Below are positions 36,490 through 45,241 of a stretch of 64,000 nucleotides of DNA, in pieces. Location: the IMG/VR virus record IMGVR_UViG_3300014656_000027, positions 1,704 to 65,703 of that record. One strand, 5' to 3'. The notes beneath the pieces are model-generated. The model was not told the DNA's origin. It was given only the letters and a program-made list of their open reading frames with translations, and did no database searches. The stretch's first letter is position 1. The number at the start of each line of letters is the position of its first letter. Position numbers and translations under genes: made by a program. This DNA is from a virus (Duplodnaviria > Caudoviricetes).

Positions 36490-36553
36490 CCAGCGATCAC
36501 AAAATACAAGAAACTAAATAAATTAAGTTTTGCCAGGTAATCATACGTGCCTC
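36463..36553 (-). tRNA. Degenerate tRNA-like element (no assignable anticodon)
   Basis: Minus strand: GAGGCAC...GTGCCTC perfect 7-bp acceptor stem, AGGG-TTCGATT-CCCT T arm, CTGG D-loop-like motif; central arm AT-rich and non-canonical. Confidence 0.45.
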
Positions 36554-36573
36554 ATATCTTTGTATATATTGTT

Positions 36574-36834
36574 TTATTTATTTGGAGCATATCTCACCGA
36601 ATAGTAATCTGTTTCTGAGTTAAAATTTGGATCTATTTCGCTGAAACGCTTGTTTAGTTCTGTGGGTGTTACTCCTAATATGGTTTTCATTATACTTGTA
36701 AACTGATTGATACGATTACATTTATTCACGAAAAAAACTAGGTCTTCCCCTTTTAGTGTCTTTGTTTGCCGCATCCACTTGTCTAAGGTGATGAGAGTGA
36801 CAAATACTCCGTGTTTAGTTTCTATTTCCATCAT
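36574..36834 (-). CDS. Hypothetical protein
   Basis: 86 aa, last gene of the minus-strand block. Confidence 0.5.
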   Translation of the reverse strand: MMEIETKHGVFVTLITLDKWMRQTKTLKGEDLVFFVNKCNRINQFTSIMKTILGVTPTELNKRFSEIDPNFNSETDYYSVRYAPNK

Positions 36835-37088
36835 ATTCCGTAGATATCGTTTAAAGGAATAGTAACGTATTTACCTCTTTCATCTTTCATGTAAACCGTC
36901 TCATCCTGGTAGTCAAAAGAAATTACTTTTGCTGTTATTCTTTCTTCACCAATAAAATAAGAACAAAGCATTCCTGTTTTATCGTCGCAAATAGCGCGCT
37001 TTAAACGCTTAAGGTTAGCGGTTTCTCTTATCATGAAGTACACCACAATTAAAAAACCTAATACAAAACAACTTATTAATATTTCCAT
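36831..37088 (-). CDS. Hypothetical membrane-anchored protein
   Basis: N-terminal hydrophobic helix; overlaps next gene by 4 nt. Confidence 0.5.
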   Translation of the reverse strand: MEILISCFVLGFLIVVYFMIRETANLKRLKRAICDDKTGMLCSYFIGEERITAKVISFDYQDETVYMKDERGKYVTIPLNDIYGI

Positions 37089-37193
37089 GATTTTATCTTT
37101 ATTTAATTTCTAATAATTTTCTTTTTCCCATATACATATCTGTATACCGAATTATCTGTTCTAAAACATCTAGTTCTTCATTATCTCTGCTTC

Positions 37194-37496
37194 TCATCCT
37201 CTTATCGACAAAGTAATGGCGGAGGAGGTGGAGATTAGGAGATAAGAATAATTGCAATTTTTGCCCTGTATACTCTGCCCAAAAGGGTGGGGCATATAGA
37301 GAAGCAAAAGAACAAGTTCAGGATTTGTCACTTTAACAACCACCAGCGCGGGATATTTCTGTTTGTAAAGGTCTTGCAGCAGGGCAGGCATTTCAGCGAC
37401 TCCAAGGTCAAATAACACGTCCATTGCGTCAATATCATTGCCTGGGGCTCTTATCGCCTCTGTAATCGGGAGATGTATGTTTCCTATTGTTTCCAT
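37194..37496 (-). CDS. Hypothetical protein
   Basis: 100 aa ORF in the block. Confidence 0.4.
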   Translation of the reverse strand: METIGNIHLPITEAIRAPGNDIDAMDVLFDLGVAEMPALLQDLYKQKYPALVVVKVTNPELVLLLLYMPHPFGQSIQGKNCNYSYLLISTSSAITLSIRG

Positions 37497-37499
37497 TAT

Positions 37500-37712
37500 T
37501 CACAGGTCTAAATTATATAAAATATCTGAATATAGATCGTCAGCGGCTATTTCTATAATTAGATTCGCATTATTTCTAATGTAAATCTGCGCTGCGAATG
37601 GCCCTTTCTTTAAATACTCATTCTTGACACCAGCTAAAAACTGCTTGTATTTAATAAATAATTCGCGGTCTTTGCGTTGCTTTTCCGCGTGTAGTTTTTC
37701 TATTTTTGTCAT
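37500..37712 (-). CDS. Hypothetical protein
   Basis: 70 aa ORF. Confidence 0.5.
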   Translation of the reverse strand: MTKIEKLHAEKQRKDRELFIKYKQFLAGVKNEYLKKGPFAAQIYIRNNANLIIEIAADDLYSDILYNLDL

Positions 37713-37715
37713 AAT

Positions 37716-37967
37716 TTAAAATTTAAAGTTACCATGAGAACGTCCTGAAAGTCTATTTGTTTTCTCTTTGTGTTTGCGCGTTCTAAACGTCTCACCTTCA
37801 ATAAAGAATATTTGCTCACCATTTATAAATTCGCTGTATTGTTCTGGTGTCAATATCTTCATCAGCGTTTTATTGTCTATCATTTCGCCCGTAGGCTTCC
37901 CTTCACGATAAATTTCGTGAAGGTGACCGGAGGGCTGGCGTGATAGATAGATATTAATTTTCGCCAT
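37716..37967 (-). CDS. Hypothetical protein
   Basis: 83 aa ORF. Confidence 0.5.
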   Translation of the reverse strand: MAKINIYLSRQPSGHLHEIYREGKPTGEMIDNKTLMKILTPEQYSEFINGEQIFFIEGETFRTRKHKEKTNRLSGRSHGNFKF

Positions 37968-37973
37968 GTTAAA

Positions 37974-38210
37974 TTATTTGAGGGTTAAAATACGCGCGTT
38001 GAATAAACCGTTCAATCTTCTTTGTTCGATAAAAACAGCATTCTTGTTATTAATACCGACAAGTACCTTTATGCCGTAACGATTGAGCTTTCGCCCTGAA
38101 TAGGCTTTTTTATAACCTTCTTTCTTTAGCTTATTAATAGCTTCTTTGTGCGTCCAATTGTCTTGTAGACAATCTTCGCCATTTTCTAAATACAATAAAA
38201 CTCGTTCCAT
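37974..38210 (-). CDS. Hypothetical protein
   Basis: 78 aa ORF. Confidence 0.5.
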   Translation of the reverse strand: MERVLLYLENGEDCLQDNWTHKEAINKLKKEGYKKAYSGRKLNRYGIKVLVGINNKNAVFIEQRRLNGLFNARILTLK

Positions 38211-38252
38211 ATCAATAATATTTTAAGGGTTGTAAAAAAAAGTATTTAATTT

Positions 38253-38537
38253 TCAAAATGTAAATCCTAATGACTTACGTATTTTCCTACTCAAACTTTT
38301 TTTATATCCGTCAAGGCCATAGGTTCCAGATAAACCGTTAATTCTATCTTGCACCCAAGCACCAGACAAGGAAAGATCGTCAATAAAACTAGCAACACTT
38401 TGTAATGAAAAATCACCAGCACCAATAGATGGGTTTTCCTCCACAAATTTATTTGTGTCTATTACTATCTTCTTCCAAAGATCATTGAATGCTATATGAT
38501 GATCTTCCATTTTTTTGATGTAAATTTCTTTTTTCAT
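38253..38537 (-). CDS. Hypothetical protein
   Basis: 94 aa ORF. Confidence 0.5.
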   Translation of the reverse strand: MKKEIYIKKMEDHHIAFNDLWKKIVIDTNKFVEENPSIGAGDFSLQSVASFIDDLSLSGAWVQDRINGLSGTYGLDGYKKSLSRKIRKSLGFTF

Positions 38538-38582
38538 AATAATTTGTTTTTAACTATATTCAACTTTAAAACTTTTGTATTT

Positions 38583-38831
38583 TTAATCGTGATAATAAAA
38601 AGTATTCAACATTCGAGGGATTTTTGTGTCGTTATATATACACTTATACAGCGGTTTATAACTGAAATTTGACATAAGGAAGGAGCAGACGCGCGGAGAA
38701 TGACGCTCAGTGATCGTTATAAACCGCGCACCAATTGTCTCAGGCCCGTACTCGTTGATGTTCTGATCTATTATCAAGGATTCCTCCAGCTCATCAAAAG
38801 TGTATTCTTTACCCAGTATAAATTCTTCCAT
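38583..38831 (-). CDS. Hypothetical protein
   Basis: 82 aa ORF. Confidence 0.5.
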   Translation of the reverse strand: MEEFILGKEYTFDELEESLIIDQNINEYGPETIGARFITITERHSPRVCSFLMSNFSYKPLYKCIYNDTKIPRMLNTFYYHD

Positions 38832-38833
38832 GA

Positions 38834-39109
38834 TTAATATCTTGTTGCTTTCTCAATCGCATCACGACCTAAATTAAAAGCGTGTATATGTCTCTGATAA
38901 AATTCTTTGTCTTCACTTGTCATTATTCCAACCAGGAACTTACAAGCGTGGAGGAGGTCTGGAGCTGCCGCAATAAGCTTGGAATTTGCCTCCTGCTCTT
39001 CGTCTTCCTTATCAAAGTAAGGAACCAAGGCGAGAGTCTTGCCTGTCTCTTGTGGGTATATCTGGCCTTCTTTAGCTATCCAGGTGCCCCTTGTGTGTTT
39101 TGTTTTCAT
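38834..39109 (-). CDS. Common phage hypothetical protein (HTxGxW...ANxxLIAAAPDLL family)
   Basis: KHTRGTW and EANSKLIAAAPDLL. Confidence 0.65.
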   Translation of the reverse strand: MKTKHTRGTWIAKEGQIYPQETGKTLALVPYFDKEDEEQEANSKLIAAAPDLLHACKFLVGIMTSEDKEFYQRHIHAFNLGRDAIEKATRY

Positions 39110-39180
39110 AATATCTATCTTTTTGTTTACGACCTGTCACTATTGACAGGTTTCGCCCAATTAGGGCTCATCAGGTAAAC

Positions 39181-39360
39181 TTAACGAGATTTATAGACGT
39201 TTACGCCTACAAATACATCTTGATGCTTGTCAAGCTTCTTATTGCCTAATGTTGAGGCAATGGAAATTGTTTTGCCGGACTTTGAAGGACCGAACGACTT
39301 GGAAAGATCAACAGTTACAGTTAAAATATTTCCTTCCTCTTTAATACTTACGTTTTGCAT
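39181..39360 (-). CDS. Conserved small protein (MQNV...TVDLSKSFGPSKSGKTISIAST)
   Basis: 59 aa; the ATG at 39360 fits better than the longer track ORF. Confidence 0.6.
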   Translation of the reverse strand: MQNVSIKEEGNILTVTVDLSKSFGPSKSGKTISIASTLGNKKLDKHQDVFVGVNVYKSR

Positions 39361-39490
39361 GATAATTAGAATTAAATTAATAAATGATTGAATATTGATA
39401 TAAATAACATTGTGGCCGCCCAAATACATAAGCAGATCGTTACGATTAAAATTATTAATCTTTGGTTGTATGTAAAATCTTTTTTCATGG

Positions 39491-39973
39491 TTAAATGTGC
39501 CCATTATCACCTAATGAATAAAATCTCCCCTTGTCTGGTGTTAAAATTATATGATCGAGTACTGCAATTTCCAACAACTTAGCCGCCTGCACTACTCTAG
39601 TAGTTAAAGCCATATCTTGATCGCTTGGCTTTAAATTGCCTGACGGATGATTATGAGCTAAGATAATTGAGGACGAAAGAGAGAGCAGAGCGGAGCAAAA
39701 TAAGCTTTTCATGTCGCATACTGTTCCGGCGACACCTCCGCTTGAGTGTTTAACTATGCCCTTAATACCGTTCGCACGATTAAGAAGAACAATGTAAAAA
39801 GATTCAGTACAACCTATCGTATCAGGTTCCCAGTTGTCGAATAAAAAGTTAGCAATTTCTTCGGAATCATGTATTTTTTGGCTTATACTTTCATAAGCCA
39901 TTGTTAACTTAGCCGTCTGTATTTTGTAGCTTAAAAGCTTAGATTTCACGGCTTTAATGTCTTTACTCTTCAT
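39491..39973 (-). CDS. radC: RadC-like JAB/MPN domain protein
   Basis: ESFYIVLLNRAN, ILAHNHPSGNLKPSDQD, VLDHII. Confidence 0.9.
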   Translation of the reverse strand: MKSKDIKAVKSKLLSYKIQTAKLTMAYESISQKIHDSEEIANFLFDNWEPDTIGCTESFYIVLLNRANGIKGIVKHSSGGVAGTVCDMKSLFCSALLSLSSSIILAHNHPSGNLKPSDQDMALTTRVVQAAKLLEIAVLDHIILTPDKGRFYSLGDNGHI

Positions 39974-40006
39974 AGTATTGTATATTTATTGGTTGGTATC
40001 TGAGGG

Positions 40007-40087
40007 CAAATATACAACATTAAAACAAAAAAAGCAAATAAAAATCATAAAAAGTATTGACAAACACATTTATTTGTTGTATATTTG
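40007..40087. promoter_or_regulatory. Divergent pair of TAnnTTTG promoters
   Basis: Minus: caaatata at 40007-40014. Plus: TTGAC 40057 and tatatttg 40080. Confidence 0.65.
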
Positions 40088-40111
40088 CAGAGAATCAATA
40101 TATAGATAGAT

Positions 40112-40378
40112 ATGAAAATAATTAAAAAAGAACACAGAAACGCTGTTAAATTGACAGCAAGAGAAAAAAACTTAACTGATTACGTTGACAGTATTCATCA
40201 CCCGATTGGAGGATCATTGCAAACAGAGATAAGGAAAGATAATCATTATTATTATTTTCTTACGCATGGCAGGTGGGGAATGTCTTGCGCAATCACACAC
40301 GCAGATTATCAGAAATTACAAAATTACGAGAGAGGGTACGAGGAATTTTTAAATGACAACGCAATTGATGTAATATAA
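40112..40378 (+). CDS. Hypothetical protein
   Basis: 88 aa after promoter. Confidence 0.5.
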   Translation: MKIIKKEHRNAVKLTAREKNLTDYVDSIHHPIGGSLQTEIRKDNHYYYFLTHGRWGMSCAITHADYQKLQNYERGYEEFLNDNAIDVI

Positions 40379-40396
40379 ATAAAAAAAATAAAGAAC

Positions 40397-40630
40397 ATGT
40401 ATATAGTATATAAAACAGACGCATGGCACAGCTACGCATCGAGGAACATTATAACATTAGCATTGACTAAGCGCACAGCGATAAAGCTATGCAAAGCGCA
40501 AGCTAAGAAGGAGGGCGAAAAGATAAGTGCCCAAGAGCTTTGGAACCTGGAGAACATTCACCAGACGCAAGGATATTCAGGTCCCGGTGAATTTCAGTTT
40601 GAAACAATAGAAGTAAATAAATTAATTTAA
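40397..40630 (+). CDS. Hypothetical protein
   Basis: 77 aa ORF. Confidence 0.55.
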   Translation: MYIVYKTDAWHSYASRNIITLALTKRTAIKLCKAQAKKEGEKISAQELWNLENIHQTQGYSGPGEFQFETIEVNKLI

Positions 40631-40642
40631 CACCTCAACAAT

Positions 40643-40855
40643 ATGAAATATCTAACAGTAGAGCAATTGCTCGACAAAATAGGAGAAGTCAAGCTATCAA
40701 AAATGAGTGCAGAACTAGGAGAGATCAGACAGAAACTCGTCGATTTAAAGAAGAGCGCACAGCATAAAGGGGGACTGATTGAGGTAACAAATTCTAGTGA
40801 TATCATTCAGAAGATTGACGTACACACTGAAAGGTTGGAGGAACAGGCAGAGTAA
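40643..40855 (+). CDS. Hypothetical protein
   Basis: 70 aa ORF. Confidence 0.5.
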   Translation: MKYLTVEQLLDKIGEVKLSKMSAELGEIRQKLVDLKKSAQHKGGLIEVTNSSDIIQKIDVHTERLEEQAE

Positions 40856-40885
40856 GCCGTTTTTTAAGCGCGTAGAGTGATTATT

Positions 40886-40926
40886 TTACCCGTCTGGACA
40901 TTCTGGACGGGTTTTTGTGTTTTTTT
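40886..40926. terminator. Terminator between convergent genes
   Basis: acccgtc...gacgggt stem with T runs. Confidence 0.6.
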
Positions 40927-41437
40927 ACTTAAAAGAGCCCAAAATATCATTTTGAACGTATTTATTGACTTTCCTCACCACCGATTTATGTAAAAATATC
41001 CCTGAAGGAGTAAGAGACATAAAGGTCTTTTGAATTTTTGCCTTTTGAACGTTGGCAGGTTTAGCAGGATCGAAGGAGGACCGGGTAATATAACCACGCT
41101 TCATAAGCCTGGTAATCACATTGTTCTCATAATGTGAGAATATATGATCGTCACTATTAACAGCACGAACACCACCGGCAGAAAGAACCATCAGACGAGA
41201 GAGAAGCCAGAAGTCACCAGGAACAAGATCAAAGGAGTAAATAACAATATTCACAGCATAACCAAAGCTAATAGCCTCAACTTCCTGAATAGGCCATAAG
41301 TGAGTCCACAATCTATTATACAAGCTTTTAAACAGCTTCTTATTATCACCGCACAACGTTAAGAAGTGACTTAAAACAGATGAAGGTAGAGAAGGAAGAG
41401 AAGAGGAAGCAAGTGCTTTCCGAGCCATTTTATCCAT
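40925..41437 (-). CDS. Hypothetical protein, possible winged HTH
   Basis: NVITRLMKRGYITR...MSLTPSG resembles a MarR-type wing. Confidence 0.4.
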   Translation of the reverse strand: MDKMARKALASSSLPSLPSSVLSHFLTLCGDNKKLFKSLYNRLWTHLWPIQEVEAISFGYAVNIVIYSFDLVPGDFWLLSRLMVLSAGGVRAVNSDDHIFSHYENNVITRLMKRGYITRSSFDPAKPANVQKAKIQKTFMSLTPSGIFLHKSVVRKVNKYVQNDILGSFK

Positions 41438-42135
41438 AATGATATCAATTTGATGCTAAAATAATTTATCCATCTACAAATGTACGTGTTTTTAAGCGTT
41501 TTAAGCAACTTAAAAAGATTTTTAATACTATACTACCACTTTAATTGCATAAGCTCTTAGACGAAGGCAACACGCTACAAGCCGCGAATATCAACACATC
41601 CAGAAGGCAATCAAGCGGCAAAAATATGCAATAAGATGCTGACCTACATCGTATCATAATATATATTATGTTAAATAGGACGTTTTGGCATAGATAATAC
41701 CAGCTCCTCCCCTACCCTACCGATCAGAATGCAATGCGCTTTATTTGCAGGCAAACGAGCGCGCATTTAGCAGGAAGCAGCATGATCGAGCGCGCTGCAA
41801 GCCAATGATAGGGGGGCGGGTACGCGATTTCGATTTCGGAACACGCGCGCACATCCAATATATATACATAGACCCCATACAGAGACTCACTTAGGCTAGA
41901 GGTAGTTTTTAGGGTTATTGTACTGTAAGGGAAAGAATGGTATGGGGGCGGTTCTAATAGGGTTTAAAAGTATATATACTTTCAGCTAGTAGTTTGTGAG
42001 AGCCTATTGAAAAAATTATAATATTTTTTTTAGATAACTGATAAAAAGCTTGACAAAGGGGTTAAAAAGGCTTATTTTTGTGGGGTGAAAACGACACGTA
42101 GCGTTCGTGGGAAGACATAAAAAAAGCCTATTGGG

Positions 42136-42387
42136 ATGAGTTATTACACATATTTAAAGAAAGGGAGTAATGGTAGGGCTATAGTTTTAGTCAGTACTAA
42201 TTTAAAGAGATTAGTTGAATTTGATCCTAATTTGAATTACAATACTTTATTGAGGGTATTGAGCAAGGAGAAGAAAGACTGGTGGGAGGATTACTATAGT
42301 GGGATAATTATAAGTAGGTCTAGGACTATGGTAAAGGGATTACAGCGGATTAAGAGGGGGCCTGGTGTCCATAATAGGAATATATAA
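42136..42387 (+). CDS. Hypothetical protein
   Basis: Downstream of TTGAC(42050)/tatttttg(42073). Confidence 0.5.
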   Translation: MSYYTYLKKGSNGRAIVLVSTNLKRLVEFDPNLNYNTLLRVLSKEKKDWWEDYYSGIIISRSRTMVKGLQRIKRGPGVHNRNI

Positions 42388-42399
42388 AAGGATAGAGTT

Positions 42400-42567
42400 A
42401 TGGAATGGAAAGTATTAATAGGAGACGTATTAGATATTGAACGTCAGTTAAATAAATTAGAAAAAGAAAATTTTATTACTGTACATGGAGTGTCTGTAAC
42501 GGAAGATTTTACGGTTGTTGTGGTAAGCTTACAGAAAGAGTATAAAGAGTTTGATAAAATAGAATAA
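42400..42567 (+). CDS. 55-aa hypothetical protein (MEWKVLIGD...), not in ORF track
   Basis: ATG 42400 to TAA 42567, fills the gap in the operon. Confidence 0.5.
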   Translation: MEWKVLIGDVLDIERQLNKLEKENFITVHGVSVTEDFTVVVVSLQKEYKEFDKIE

Positions 42568-42570
42568 GCT

Positions 42571-42906
42571 ATGAAAAAACAAGATGAATTATTTAATGAA
42601 GCGGAATTATGGTTTAATGAATATATTAGACTATGCAAAGAAAAAGGGGGTGTTAAAAACTCTACAAGAAGTCTTGCTGGTTATATACAAGATCTGAGTG
42701 AGGAGATTTGGGATAACGCTTTTAAAAAGCCACCGAAAGATTATGATTTATTAGTAAGCCCTTTAGCACAACTACAAATAGCAATATGGGAAACTTTATT
42801 TAATGAGATGGTAAGTAAAGAACAATGGGAAAAATCCTTGCTTGAAGAACTTATTACCAGAAAAGAGAGTGATAATGATTATCTTAATGATATTGAAAAC
42901 GATTAA
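42571..42906 (+). CDS. Hypothetical protein
   Basis: 111 aa ORF. Confidence 0.5.
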   Translation: MKKQDELFNEAELWFNEYIRLCKEKGGVKNSTRSLAGYIQDLSEEIWDNAFKKPPKDYDLLVSPLAQLQIAIWETLFNEMVSKEQWEKSLLEELITRKESDNDYLNDIEND

Positions 42907-42908
42907 TA

Positions 42909-43190
42909 ATGGATAGCACGTATCAATTATTTAATAAAGTAAAAGACGGATTACAGCCGGAGGATTTAGATGTGCGGACATTTAATTTAGAGTGTGCTGT
43001 GGAGATCTTAGAGAAAGAAGTACGTAAAGTAAGACAAGGGTTACATACGGATAGATTAAGCTTGTTAGGAGCTATTGGAGAGGTGCAGATTCAGTTGTGG
43101 GAGATATGTTCTGCTACGGGGACGTGTTATAATTCTTGGATGGATTCTGTTATTGTTAAGCAAAGGATTAGAGAACTTAAATTAGAATAG
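42909..43190 (+). CDS. Hypothetical protein, weak MazG-like helical pattern
   Basis: EILEKEVRKV...GAIGEVQIQLWEI spacing only. Confidence 0.3.
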   Translation: MDSTYQLFNKVKDGLQPEDLDVRTFNLECAVEILEKEVRKVRQGLHTDRLSLLGAIGEVQIQLWEICSATGTCYNSWMDSVIVKQRIRELKLE

Positions 43191-43192
43191 CT

Positions 43193-43504
43193 ATGGTAAA
43201 GAAAATAACCTTAAATGATGTGAGAGAGGAGGCTTTTGATTCTATTCAGAAATTAAAAGAGGGGACTCTTGATGTGAAAACGGCTACTGAAATTAGAAAT
43301 ATGTTATCAGTAGTTATTGATACTGCGAAAACAGAGGTGGAGTTTTTAAAAGCGATTCCTAATTCTATAAAAGAAAAGATGAGCTTTGGGAATACAAATA
43401 TCCTTATTGACACATTCAAAGATAAAGAAGCGGAATTAGAAAACACGTTAAAAGAGCTGGCGGAGAAACGAAAGACTTATGTGTTCGATAAGAAAACAGA
43501 ATAG
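43193..43504 (+). CDS. Hypothetical protein
   Basis: 103 aa; coupled to the next gene. Confidence 0.55.
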   Translation: MVKKITLNDVREEAFDSIQKLKEGTLDVKTATEIRNMLSVVIDTAKTEVEFLKAIPNSIKEKMSFGNTNILIDTFKDKEAELENTLKELAEKRKTYVFDKKTE

Positions 43505-43956
43505 TGATGGGTGACGGTAGATTTAAAAAAGGGGATACCCCTTGGAATAAAGGAAGAAAAATGTCTCCAGAGCTTTACGATAAATGTAAGGAGACTATGT
43601 TTAAGAAGGGGAATGTTCCTGGGAATATAAAACATTATGGGAAGCCATATTTACTAACAAGGGAAAGGAATAATCAAACAGAAAGAACATGGTTCATCAG
43701 AGTAAATAATAAAAGGCTTCATTTCTTAAAATATCTATGTGAAATTAACGATATTAATTTGAGAGGAAAAATACCCAGATTAAAGGAAGGTTTTGATATT
43801 AATAAAGAGCCAACCATAGATGATATAATTATCATTACAAAAAAAGAGAATATGCACCTTAATTCATATCAACGCTTTCCAAAAAACTTAAGAAGGTTGA
43901 TACAAATAAAGGGAGCGTTAACAAGACAAATAAATAAAAATAGCTATGAAATTTAA
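43504..43956 (+). CDS. NUMOD3-like/HNH-associated protein, nuclease core apparently degenerate
   Basis: RFKKGDTPWNKG and FKKGNVPGN motifs; ENMHLNS remnant. Confidence 0.5.
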   Translation: MMGDGRFKKGDTPWNKGRKMSPELYDKCKETMFKKGNVPGNIKHYGKPYLLTRERNNQTERTWFIRVNNKRLHFLKYLCEINDINLRGKIPRLKEGFDINKEPTIDDIIIITKKENMHLNSYQRFPKNLRRLIQIKGALTRQINKNSYEI

Positions 43957-44314
43957 AAATTATGCAAATGATGTTTTTCTTAACATCGAAGACTTATGTG
44001 TGGATAGAGCTGCATGGGATAAGTTGTGTGAGATAGTGGAGATGTATGTTTCTGAGAGATTAAAATCAGAAGTTCCTACAACACGATATTTTAAATGTTG
44101 GAAGTGTGGAAGGAAAATAGAGAGTAGTGATTTAGGAGTTGTGGGGAGTATGTGTTTTGCTGCTACTTTTAACAAAACAAGTAATACTTGTGGAGGAGGT
44201 TTTAATATTGAAATCAGTAAAGAAGAATACGAGAAGCCTCATCCAAACATAACAGGGTGGTCAACATCTACACATCCGGAGAGTTTAAAAGATGATGACG
44301 ATTTGTGTAAATAA
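43946..44314 (+). CDS. Hypothetical protein with CxxC
   Basis: CWKCG. Confidence 0.45.
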   Translation: MKFKNYANDVFLNIEDLCVDRAAWDKLCEIVEMYVSERLKSEVPTTRYFKCWKCGRKIESSDLGVVGSMCFAATFNKTSNTCGGGFNIEISKEEYEKPHPNITGWSTSTHPESLKDDDDLCK

Positions 44315-44600
44315 AGAAATTATGATAGGAAAAAAATTAAGCCCAATATTGGAAGAAATCGAATACACCTTATTAGAATTTGAAGTTAATAAGGGGATAA
44401 AGCCGGAATATACCATTGAAGGATTTAGAGCAGGGATTAAAATATTTATGTCTATCTTAGTAGATAAGATGTGGGAGCTGCAAGAAGAAGAAAATATTGA
44501 TATACAAGACCGCGAGAATATGGCAAAAAAAGCAGGGGAGAGTGTGAGAGCTTTGGTGAAAACATATACAGGGATAGATTCTTTTGATTTGTTTAAATAA
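44292..44600 (+). CDS. Hypothetical protein
   Basis: About 100 aa; start uncertain (ATG also at 44322). Confidence 0.5.
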   Translation: MMTICVNKEIMIGKKLSPILEEIEYTLLEFEVNKGIKPEYTIEGFRAGIKIFMSILVDKMWELQEEENIDIQDRENMAKKAGESVRALVKTYTGIDSFDLFK

Positions 44601-44705
44601 TTAATCTATATTTGCTGCGCGAAAAATCAGTGATAAATTAAAAGGAGGAGTTATTAAGTTAACTTCTCCTTTTGTGTTATAAATACTTTATATATTTGCA
44701 TTATA

Positions 44706-44896
44706 TGCTATTGACGAATAGATCGTAGCTCCTGAAAAGCCTCTTCACAATGCTCAGAATGTCAGGTCTGAATCGTAGGTCAGAGAGAGTAAAGGAAATC
44801 TGTCTTTATATCTGAAACCAATACAGTAAAAGTGGATGTTACCAGTTGGAACAAACCAATCGAGAAGCGTATAAATTAAGTTTTATGCGCTTTTTG
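44706..44896 (+). ncRNA. Candidate ~190-nt structured small RNA
   Basis: Bounded by a tatatttg promoter (44691) and an aagcgtataaa/tttatgcgctt terminator; no ORF over ~21 aa; several hairpins. Family not identified. Confidence 0.35.
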
Positions 44897-44951
44897 CATT
44901 AATATCATAACGGTGATGCCAACAAAATGATATTTTTTATTATCTTTACAT

Positions 44952-45025
44952 CGTGTGGTGATAGCAATTGGTAGCTGGCAAGACTCATAATCTTGAGGTT
45001 GGAGGTTCGAGTCCTCCCCACGCAA
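44952..45025 (+). tRNA. tRNA-Met(CAT), initiator-like
   Basis: Cloverleaf: CGTGTGG/CCACGCA with C1:A72 mismatch, CAAGA-CTCATAA-TCTTG, GGAGG-TTCGAGT-CCTCC; CCA not encoded. Confidence 0.9.
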
Positions 45026-45037
45026 CTAGTTCATTGA

Positions 45038-45240
45038 AGTAAATAGCAAAGTATTTTGGACGTGGGATCATAACCCACCTACTCCATGTAGCCTACATAG
45101 CTAGTGAGGATTGATTAGCGATCGCCTCACACATATAGGGGTAGATTGGATTTGACAGGTACAATTATGATTTATGGAGAGCTAAACCGTTAGAAATAAC
45201 AACACTTTAAAAATGGCCGCATAAGCCACAGGGAAACCGG
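45038..45240 (+). ncRNA. ssrA: Circularly permuted (two-piece) tmRNA
   Basis: 3' piece GGAC-GTGGG-ATCATAA-CCCAC-CTACTCC-A (to 45086) precedes 5' piece GGGGTAG-ATTGGATTTGAC (from 45138); 7-bp acceptor stem with G3-U70 and A73; helix 2 pairs; tag frame ...NNNTLKMAA*. Confidence 0.85.
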
Positions 45241-45241
45241 G

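Noticed and set aside
44901-44935. aatatcat...atgatatt inverted repeat containing cataacggtg, like a cassette half-site
   Set aside because: No partner arm or GTT core; treated as chance or a small operator.
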